A DNA stretch of 64,000 nucleotides, from contig JAHLWZ010000562.1 of NCBI GenBank assembly GCA_020536535.1, positions 33,551-97,550 of the forward strand. Direction: 5' to 3'. This document shows, piece by piece, positions 28,394-38,868 of this stretch; the stretch's first letter is position 1, and each line of letters starts with the position of its first letter. The translations under genes and the position numbers were made by a program. Source of the DNA: Pelomyxa schiedti. Its lineage: Eukaryota > Protista > Evosea. Under the pieces are notes generated by a model. The model worked only from the letters and a program-made list of their open reading frames with translations. It was not told the origin of the DNA and did no database searches.

Positions 28394-30508
28394 CTACACA
28401 TTTTGTTCAGAAGTACTGCTTGGAAGATAATCCTTGGCCAATTGTAAGAGGTGACCACCAAGTTTTTGTGGTTGCTTGTGTTCTGCAACAAGGGAATAGA
28501 ACGCATTTGTGAATGACTCCTCCAAAGCTGCCCAGAAGCCACATTCAGAAAGTGAGCTGGAACCATCAAAATTTTCCTATTGTTAGTGGGGTTCCGCGGT
28601 TAGTATTACTGAGAATTTGACTTGAGTCATGCACATACAAATGGGAGGTTAACGTCGAATGACAGAGGAATAGACTCAGAGTGTTTGTTTACGTATGGCA
28701 CAATCACCCTTGCCATTGTGTTGGCGATGATGGACAAGTTCGGGTCTGGGATACTGGTTTCCTGCAGTCTCACGTGCTTGAAATTGGTATCAAAATGCAT
28801 CAGTACTTGGGGCTTCTCTTTTCTCTTGAGTTTCTGTGCAAGTGTTCTATTAGGAAAAGGAGGACGGGTGTAAACAGATATTACCAGTTTGTCATATCTG
28901 CTTGGGTGCACTGTGCTGATATTAGCACAAAGGTCAACAGTACCGTGACAGATCCAAGCTATAGGTGGGGCTGCCCTATAGCTGAGAAGCTGTGCTTTCA
29001 AGTTTGTCATGTGGAGGTCGGTCTGGGGGATTCACTTGTAACTAAAAAGGTGTTGTGTGCTTAATTATTGCGTACCTCTTTCTTGTGTAATTGCTTGCTT
29101 GGCCTTCGGAACAGTGTAAACAAACTACCTGTAAATGCAGTTGGTGATACTAGTGTGATTGACCGTGTAGGTTACCGTCAAACTGGCCAGCAGCCGACCT
29201 GCACATGAGCAAGTCCAACACAAGCCAATTTTGACGGAGAATATCACACTGAATTTCAAACAATCCAACAGAGAATGGCCTAAACATATCAGTGATAGTT
29301 GGCACAACCAAGAACAAACCTCGTATATGGAGCTGGTAAGTAAAGAGTGACTGACACATCCCGCATGCGGAATTGGGAGAGATTAAACCCTTTTCTGCTT
29401 TTTCTAATCTCAGTTGTTTCGAGTTCCTCCTCTCTGCGCCTGTCGATTATGCCTTTCACCCCTGTGCAATCGATTTCGGAAATAAGACCTTTCCCTAAAA
29501 AGTTTGGGTTGGCACCACAGGCGCATAAATGGGGATGCGAACCTACAATCCAGTGCAGAAGGGACAACTTCACATCAACCGATTCTGCAGATAAATCAAA
29601 GGATGCATCTGGTTTTGAGCTGTCATTTCGAAGAGCGCGCACATCACTCACTCTGATCCGCCTCTTCTTCCATAACACAACCACGCTATCGGAAAACTGC
29701 AGCTGCGAATTTGTCTGAAATTCGAGATGTTTTCTCACGTGCCTCACAACAAAACCTTTTGCCAAGTAGTGTCAGACTTGGGAAAGGGTAATGAAGCCAT
29801 ACCTTGAAACCGAAGAGCATTTGAAGCACTGAGCACAATTGAGGCAGCAGTAGTTGTAGCGACGAGTGCAAGAACGCCAGAAGCCACTCCAATCCACCAT
29901 CTCAACAGCGGCCTAGCTAAATAGGTTAAAGCCTGTTACATAAGAATACTTAAAGTGCACATAGATTCAGTTGAAGAGCCAACGAAATTTAAATTGTAAC
30001 AACACTCTCAAATCAAAGTCAATTTCATTCACATTCACATTCACACAACAAAATACCAAGTTTTGCGTCTTCCACGCGGGGTCGCCTCCGTGTCATTGTC
30101 CTTCTTGGCGTGTTTGTTTTTGTTCTTTACATCCCGCCCTTTCGCAATTTGGGTAGCTTCCGTGGCCAACGGCGAATCGTCGCACGCTGCTGTTGATTTA
30201 AATTGCGCGCCGGCAGCCGAATCGCCGTTGGCAGCGCTGGCTCCATCACCACCACTGGGACCAATGACGTCATTGCACAGCAACTGCTCGGCCCACGACG
30301 TTGCGGAGTGCATGTTGGATGCAACTGCGCTCCTTCGTGAAAAAGACGGTGCACTGGCCGAGGCCAAGAGCACCCTTCGTGAAGTGAACGAGGGTGAGGA
30401 CGAACGCGAGCGTGCTCCCATAATTTGGCGGCGCAGTACGGGGCCCACCACACCGACCAGCCCAACGAAGTGCCGACAAGACACACCGCTCCCAGGCACC
30501 AACGACAT
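28394..30508 (-). CDS. Mdm31/Mdm32-family mitochondrial inner-membrane protein homologue
   Basis: Arg/Ser-rich, acid-free N-terminus. TM segment WWIGVASGVLALVATTTAASIVLSASN. Motifs FDLSAESVDVKLSLLHW, GKGLISEIDCTGVKGIIDRR, RPFSVGLFEIQCDILRQNWLVLDLL..AAGQFDG, NFDGSSSLSECGFW. Confidence 0.7.
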
Positions 30509-30638
30509 CCTTGAACAGTTTGATTTCCCGTAACAGATTCAATTCCTCGTCCGAGATGATAACCAAGAACTGTTCATTATTGGCTTCCATTCAAATACAA
30601 CAAACTTGACACACGGATTTTAAGAGTTCATACAGTAA

Positions 30639-33600
30639 CTAGAACAGGGCGAATTTATGGCCAACACTCTTTGACAACCAAGGAGTCTGAGTACCTTTGG
30701 ACATGGACTGAACAAGAACCATAGTTTCGTCCATGATGTCATTGAACGGAGTGCTTGGTGCCGATCTCTCAAGAACTGTGTACTCAGGGGTTAATAGTCC
30801 GTGAGAAGAGGGATTCGGAAGGATGAATTGAGTGGGCATTGTGCGCGTGTGTTGTGGGGATCTGCAAGAGAGAGAAAGAGAGAAAGAATTTCAAATGAGA
30901 CACACCTTCAAGAAGACAACCGGTGAAGAACCCATGGTTTCTCCGATTCGGCAACTTGCATGTATCCCCGGTTGTTTTTCCTTGTGAGTGGTTGGTTGTG
31001 AGAAATTTACAATCGAAAAAAGAGGGAAAAGAACCTGGACTTGTGGGATAAATAACGATACAACCACTAGGGAAATCTTCCTTTGCCAATTGAGTGGTCG
31101 ATCCAAATCCTCGCGTCTGTTGAGAAAGGAGTGAGTCACTTGCTGCTAAGTACAACCAAACTGAATTTACGGGAAGTCAGGAAAAAGAACGGAAAATACC
31201 CTCGTTTCATCCTCGTCATCCGATTGACGGCAGGCATCAAGGATGCCAATCACCAGATCAGAATGCCGCTTTATCCCATCCAAAATGTCTCCAGCCATTG
31301 GCGCTTTGTGTTTCATCTTCTCGAAATTGGGTTCCTCAAAAGCAGCTGGATCCTCAGTCATCAGAAGGAAATTATGTCCTTTCAGTTGCCGCCCATGCCC
31401 AGCAAAGTAAAAGATTGTTGCAACCTAATGATGAACGATAAATTCTCCTGCATGGTGGGCACACTCACACACTGTGTTAGAAATATATCTTTGCACGGTG
31501 TGCGGTGATTTGTTGGCTTGGCCTGTACCTTATTTCCTGCTTTTCTTGTTCCCTTGAGGTTTGACTTGAAATCTTCCAAGTGACACACAAAGTCTTGGAG
31601 ATTTGGAACATTCATTTGCTGTGTCACTTGGAACTGACACTGATTGCGCAAAAACTAGAGGTGAAAGAGATTAGAAAGTCAGCGAAAAAAAAACATGAGA
31701 ACCTGTGCAACAGCCTCTGCGTCATTCAGAGAATTTGAAAGCGGGCACTGGCAGTAAGTTGCATTTCCGAGCACAAAAGCAAAGCACTTGTAATTGAGCT
31801 CTTCCCCTCCAAGTGCTTTTGCCAGGTCAACCCTGGGAGGCTGATGTTGTGGTGGTGGAGGCGTTTGGGTGGTCTTTGCGGCAAGGGCTGCTGTCGTTCC
31901 GAGAAAAGAGACCCTTGTTGGCGGCTTCAAACACAAAGATGCCCTGGGGAAGTAAGAACGATGAGGGTGAGGGTGGATTCGTTTGTTGTTGTTGTTTGCT
32001 TTTTTTTTAATTGTCCGTCACCTGGAGGAAATGGTCCATCGTCTATTGCGAGTTGTTGTTGCAGCAGAAGAACTGGAAGAAGAGTTCAAGTTGTTGATGA
32101 GTTCTTCCACGATGAACTCGGCGTCACCAAGGATGATACCCAGGGCGCATAATTGTTGGACGGTGTAGTGTGCAAGAGTTCTGCCACGCAGTTTGTGTGC
32201 CTGGATGATCTTCAGGCAGCTCTCTTCAACTCCTTTGGATTTCAGCCAATTATAAGTTTGTTCTGCATCAGCTGTCTGCAGGTCAAAAGTGAGCGGTGCA
32301 TTTTCCACTGATGTTGTTAAAGGTGGTGGCAATGGTGGAGATTGGTGTCGGTGCGGCGACGCAAGAGGCACGTTGTTTGGAGGAGGCACAGTGACTTTGC
32401 CAGGTTCCACTGTTTGTTGCATCAAGTGTGGTGGTAATTGTGGTGGAAGTGGGGCAGGTTGAACTGTGCAGCAGTACTCAGATGTCAAAGGCCTCCAGTC
32501 TGTGAGTTTAAAAAGAGTTTGGGCAACACAATTTAGTGGAAAAGCAAGCCAAGCACTTTGGGGGAATACACAACCACAAAGATCATCTTGTCTTGGAACT
32601 GGTGAAAAAACGGTGCAGGGCTTATGCGGAAACATGGGAGGTACTATCTTATCTTTCAGTCTTTCCAATTTGGAAAGTTTTTTCTGCAATGAAGAAGATG
32701 GGGGAGGGAGTCTTGCCTTCTGAGTCTCCCTCACAAGAGCAAAAAAAACTTCATCGACATTTGTGTTCAATTTTGCACTGACCTTTTGTTTTTGTCATGT
32801 CATTCAAAGAGAACAGGGATATTTCATGCTTTAGACACAGACCTCATAAAAAGGACAATTCAGCTCTCGTGCGAGTTGTTCTCCCTCGGACTTGGAGACC
32901 TCTCTTTGTCTGTCCAAGTCAGACTTCGCACCCACCAACACTATTGGAGGGCTCTTGCAATCTTTAATAGTTCTAATCCGCTCGTAAAGGTACTTTATGT
33001 CTGCAAACGATCTTCGGGATGTTATGCTGTACCTATTGTGAAAGTAAGCAGGTTTCACACTGGTATCATTTCTCATCACCCAAGAGAAAACACCTCAGAG
33101 TGTCTAATATATTGATCTCTGAGGAGACTATACCTGTTGTACAGGGATTGAGAAATGTGAATTGGGGTTTTTTTTTTTTTTGGAAACGTAACTCTTCCTG
33201 GCCGGCTTGGAAAATTCAGTTTGTTAGTTAAGGGAAATACCCCCAAAGAGATACCTGTATCAATGATGTGAAGTACAAAAACATCATCACCCACTCTAAG
33301 TTCTACTCTTATGCAGAGTGAGAAGAAATAATTGAGAACGTGAGCCATACCGATACGAATCTTCGACAGTGGGGTCGTACTCTAGAATTGTAAAGAAAAG
33401 AAGGTTGGCAGAGACATTTTACCGGAACAAAAGCAATGCTGAATCATAAGGTGAACCACACAAAGAAAGAGTTTGGGGAGTAACCTGTACAAATCTGACT
33501 GCCATAGCTGTGGTTTGATTATTAAGTATTGAATTCAAGAGAAGCAAGAAAGTAGTATTTACCGACCCGACTTTGCTCCAACTGCTCCACTTCCAAGGAG

Positions 33601-36010
33601 ACATATCTTGATTTCTCTGCTGCATTTTTTTTCCTGGAAAACTGGCTTCGAGAGCAATTTATTCGCAAACAACTCGGCAGGGTTTCCACCTAAATCCAGC
33701 AAGAAATCCTGAGGGGTGTGGAATCTCTTTTCCAGATGGTTGCAAATTGCCAGGGCACCAAGCTCTCCAATTCCACACTTCTTCAGGATCAATGATTTCA
33801 GCAGGTGGTGTGGATTGGCGTCCAAACCAACCGCAATGAAAATGGCCCCATTATCTGCAAGAAGGAGGTTCTCACTGAGATCAACTTCAGACAGGCTCTT
33901 GTTGAACGCCAACATTGATGCGATGACCAAGGCATCATTGGGAAGAAGGTTGCATCGCTGCAAAGAAAGAAGGGAGAGTGTTCTCGAAGTGATGATAGGT
34001 GCCACCAGTTCGCTCAGATGTTTTGTGTTCACACCCACCAAAAGGAGCTTGTTCAGGAAAAATGCATGTGGTGAAATTGACGAGATCACTTGGTCACAGT
34101 TTTGTTGTTGTTGTTGCCCCTCCTCGACAGCCTCTTCTTGTGCACTTTTGTTGTTCTTGTTGGTGAATTTGGATGCGCTCCTCGATGTTTGGGTTGCAGT
34201 CATCAGGGCAGTTTTCGAGGGTCCCCCTTCAATTCTCAGTTCTCCAGTCACAACGCCAGGAGGAATGACAGAAAGGTATTTCACAGCCAGAGAGTCCTCC
34301 AAACTGAATTTACAGCACACTTGACAGCAATATGCAGGCCCCCACCTCAAAACACAAGATGCGAGTGTATCAAGGATGGTGGCACTGGTTCCGTTGTCTA
34401 GATTTAACAGGCAGAAGACTGACTTGTTCGACATCAGCAATGCTTGAATCAATTTCTCCTTGCTGCGGTCAACACCCAAAATCCCAATGCTCCCACAAAT
34501 CGACTCCCTATTTGTTGGTTATTTTTAGTTCAGCTTCTATTGAGGAGGTATATTAAACCTGGCATTGGAAAGATTGCTTGGAGTATTTGCAGCAATGTAA
34601 GGTGACGAAGAAGAAGAGTCCACAATTAAGCTGTACAGAAAATGGTTGATCAGCGATGTGGTTGACAGTGCTGCTCCCGCTCCTTCTTGAATGTAGCCAC
34701 CAACCAGTATTGCTTCTGCACTTGAGGAATCCTCCTTGCCTGTGAATTTACATATGTATGTGTTGCTTCAGTTGGGCGTGTGATAAATTTCATGGAAACC
34801 ACCCACCAATGTCATCATAGACATTATCAGATCTGTTGGCCTTTCTTTCCAGAAGAGTGCTGTTTTGCACTCCCATTTCACCCAAAGGCCCACACCACAC
34901 AGCCCTGACAAGCCCAATATCCACAGCTCGGTTTACCTGTGGTGTTGGTGAAGTGATAAGGCGGCCATATTTTAAAAATTAAGTCATGACTGAAGATAGT
35001 TCCTTATATAAGAAATATATAATACATATATTGATTTGATCAATTAGCCAGAGGGATGGATTAATGACTTACATCAAACGATGTTGGATCCCTGGGCACC
35101 ACTGAGAAAAGAAAACTGACTGTCTGCTCTGGTTCCAACCAAATTAACTTTTTGAAGGGATTCAAATGCAATCCAGAGTCCTTTATCATCAGAGGAGGTG
35201 GGTGTGGTTGCCAGGTTTTAACGAGTGTGGACGAGTAATGCTCATGCAGATCCATTGAGACAGAGTCAAGAAGCAACGATTTGTGTGATTCATTTTTAAT
35301 TCCTGCCTCCACAAATAGGGAGGAAGGTGACAGCTCACACACCTAAAATTAAAATTTGTTATGAGTGAGGGGCCATATATATTGGCTTGGCAGGAACCTT
35401 TGCTGTTACGGAAAGTGCCATTTGGCACTTAAACCTGAACATCTTGGTGTGACTTCTTCTTGCTTGGCCAGACAAAGCTAAGCACCTCAGAATATAATGC
35501 ACTGGTTCCTCCAGTGTGAAACTGACAGGAATTACTGAGCCCACTTTTTTTTTTTTTTTGGAGAAAGAGTCAACACAGAAACAGACTTTACTGGATACAT
35601 GAACTCAACCAAGCCATTGTTAAAAGAATATATGTATGTATAAACAGATAAATACCACCGGGATCCAACAGGGCGATGGAATGGGTGGTCTTTGAAACAA
35701 TTTTAGGGGTTGCAACGTCAAAATACCCCACATCCACCATGACCTCCACATCATGAAGTCGTTCTTCAGTCGAAGTGTTAATCACGTTTATGAGAACCCT
35801 CACTTCCTCGCCACAGTAAGCGATGGAAGTGGATTCACAAGGAACCACCAGGCTCCCTCCCATAATCCCTGACGCGGACGCCGCTCCATCTCCATCTCCA
35901 CCACCACACCTTGGTTTCGCGACGGCGTCAACCGAATGTGGAATACATGGCGCCACGCAAAACGAAGGTTTTCTAAGTCTAAGAACTTTGATATCCACGA
36001 TTTCACCCAT
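30639..36010 (-). CDS. Putative single gene: TRAPPC13(DUF974)-like - RNI-type LRR - Ras - Pro-rich - SAM - caspase-like (peptidase C14, paracaspase-type)
   Basis: TRAPPC13-like: IKVLRLRKPS, YCGEEVRVLINVIN, KMFRFKC, LFVEAGIKN, IGLVRAVWCGPLGEMG. LRR: LSLQRC..VDLSEN..LILKKCGIG. Ras: YDPTVEDSY, DTAGQEEYSLLRDQY. SAM: TYNWLKSKGV..LRGRTL..LCALGI. C14: AFVLGNATY..LSNSLNDA, FYFAGHG, ILDACR, HGFFT..L, QTPW. The junctions checked (TRAPPC13-like/LRR, within Ras, SAM/C14) are bridged in frame by GT-AG introns. Confidence 0.7.
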
Positions 36011-36222
36011 GGTGACAACGACACCCCGTTGCGTCCTCCTTTTCAAATGATTCGCCCTTCTTTGATTCTTCGTCTTGGAGAAAGTACAACGACATCAACT
36101 ATGTGGTGAGACCAGACCAAGCCATTTGAAGGCGAACCAACCAACACGCTGTTCATTGAGAAAACCAAAGATTAAGTCTCGGCACAAGTTGCCGAAGGAA
36201 AAGGTGCCGAGGGTGATAAGAG

Positions 36223-37371
36223 TTGCCGAGGCGTTGTTCGGGCTGGTGGCGAAGGTTTGCAAGGCTGCGTTGGATGCACGCGACTGCCCATTTGGCTACA
36301 ACAGGAAATTGGAATGCAAGTCATCCTACTTTGCGTTGCGTTGGAGTGTGCGGCGATGACTGGTGGTGGTGCCGGCGAGCGCGGGGGAGGTGTGCTTCGT
36401 GGATACTGTCCAATAGGAGGAACAGGAATAACCTCAGGGAGTGCTTTGTGGTTCTGAGAGGTCTCTGTGCCGCGGGGCACCTAGAGGCTGCGAAGTGCCT
36501 TGCGGATCCTCACCAACCTGCTGCTGATGATGCTGCCGTCTCTGCTGAGGTGGCTTATTGACAGTGGCTTGTGAACTCCATCAACACGTTGCTTGCACAT
36601 GATTGCGTTCAAATAGGCGATGTCAAGCTGGCAGCTTGGATCGTTGACAAATTTCGTGTTCCGCTTCCGGATTTAACGAGTGAGCATAGCTTCGATTTCT
36701 TGTATATCTGTATGAACAAGAAGGACAACGCTGATAATTGATTTCTTGCAGAGGCAAAAGCCAAGCCCCCGCGTAAAGTGATAATAGAGGGCCTTTTATC
36801 TGCCGAGTGAGGAATATTTCAGTTGCCGACTTCTTGGACAGAACCTTTCAAATCAATGCGGAAAATTACACAAGTTCTCCTTTTAACTTAAGATTCCTTG
36901 CCTACCATTGCTTGGTGATGATTTTTGCACTGCCGCGGAACTTGCTTCACTTTTACGTTCAAGGTCTTGCTTCATGGTTGATCAGCGTACTGGGACTCAC
37001 TTTGCCTCGTGTGTGTGGCGAATGTTCGTTCTTTAACTAAGACTCCAAAAGATTTTGCAAAGGTCCTGGACGAGACTCTCTGAATCTTCCGACGCGGCGA
37101 TTTTTTCCGGTCAACGATTCAACTTTCATCTTGGATGATGCTGCTGAAGATGTTCCCTGGCATCACCGTGGACATTTGTAAGGGAACACTTCATGGACAC
37201 TGTGGCTCTTCGCCATGTCAGAATGCCACCGCGCTGCACGTAGGGGGAGCATTATGGGACATACTAGACGCAGTTTGTTCATCTGATCAACGCAACTTGC
37301 CGGTTGGTTGCTGCGAGGGCTCGTCGTCACTCATTGCTTTTCGTGTTTCCAGTACGCCAATCAAACAGTGA
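36223..37371 (+). pseudogene. Decayed member of a lineage-expanded ankyrin-like repeat family
   Basis: Ankyrin-like segments VLRGLCAAGHLEAAKCL, GDVKLAAWIVDKF and RNISVADFLDRTF lie in different frames, with several stops and frameshifts and no intron signals. Confidence 0.5.
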
Positions 37372-37609
37372 ATTCGCTTCAATCGTGAGACCATCAGCAG
37401 GGGGACCTGGTCTCATCTATCGGCGACTATTTTCGGTGATTTGTTGATGTTCCTCACTATTTTTAAAGGCAGAAAATTGGCCGAAACGAGATATTCTTCA
37501 AAAAAAAATCTCGAACCAACTCAACTGCTGGTCGCCTCACGAAAGGCCGCCGTTCACTACAACAACGCCAAAGTCGTCAGATCTCGCAAACGAGCTCGAC
37601 ATCCTCCCA

Positions 37610-38813
37610 ATGGGAAGAATCACAAACAAATCGACTGAGATTTCCCCAGAGTCCCCACACACGCCCCGTAGCGATTGCAGCCAGCGTGATACTACCGACG
37701 TGGCGTCCGACATTCCTCACGCCCAGCAGATCTGCTCGTGTTTGATTTGCCAGCGCGAAACTCCACTTTGTTTACGCAAACGACGTTATCCAACTTGGTG
37801 TGTTGGCTGTCTCGCTTCGTAGTTTTGAGTTCTCGTTTCCTTGTCTTTTTTTTGTTTCTTCGTGTTTTTCCCCGTTACGTTGTCTACGTAGTAACTTTTT
37901 ACGTTGCTGTTAGGGATAAAGTCATTCGAGTTGTATTTTATTGCCTCTCGCAGTTGTACCCTTCAAAAAAGTACTTTAGGTATATTGCTGTAACTTTCTA
38001 TATTTTTCCCTAATCCTCTTCTAGTCTCAAGGATGATGTATATAATTTCGTTGAGGAGCATTGGAGTAGAGTGTGCCTAAAGAAGCGGAGGGCTGATCAT
38101 TGGCGAAAGTCTATGCAGGACACCATCTCTCACAGTAACTTGTTTGAATCCGGCGTAGGCGAATTCAAGTATGTTGCAAACGTTAAATATATCCTGCAAC
38201 CTTATTATTATTCTTTCACTTGCTTCTCATTTTGTGGTATACAATGCATATCATAGTATTCTAAACATTGTTGGAGAATCATCACTTACCAAGATTAGGA
38301 AGCTTGGATACTGGAGGCCTTTGAATTTAACTGACCCGTGGGCTGATGACGCTGCTACCCATCCTGCTGAGAAGAGAGCCGCTCCGCCTATTTACGATTC
38401 CTCAAGGTCGGCTCGCCTTTTATTACTTCATGGAATATAACGTTTAATGTCTAGTGAATCCGAAACGAAAGATGAAGACCCTAATGTTGTACCAATACAA
38501 ACACCTGAAACTGACTACGAGTGTTATCACCCTCAGCAAGCACAATGCTGTACCTCACCATTCCGGCCCCAAACAAAGAGGAGCAGGGTTGTATCTCAGT
38601 ACACTACAAGTCAAATGCGTACTAATGAGAAGACTGTAAACGAAGTGCATACTAAAGAGGCCAAACTAGACAGTGCCTCTTCTGTACAAGTGTGCTTTCC
38701 GAACTTTCCTTTTGTTTGTCTCCTTAACCTCCCTAAAGGATAATGGGGACCAGTCCTTGAGGGAACTGGCTGAACTGTGTGTATTACTAATAAAACAAGA
38801 ACAAAATTCCTAG
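37610..38813 (+). CDS. Cys-rich plus Ash2-like winged-helix putative DNA-binding protein (resembles an Entamoeba hypothetical protein family)
   Basis: CSCLIC..W|..IRVVFYCLSQLYPSKKYF|SLKDDVYNFVEEHWSRVC..HWRKSMQDTISHSNLFESG..|LGYWR; ends LRELAELC..NS*. Confidence 0.6.
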
Positions 38814-38868
38814 AACAACATTCTCTTTGTTTATCTTTTTCCTTGTTCTTTTGCAACGATGTTCTACC

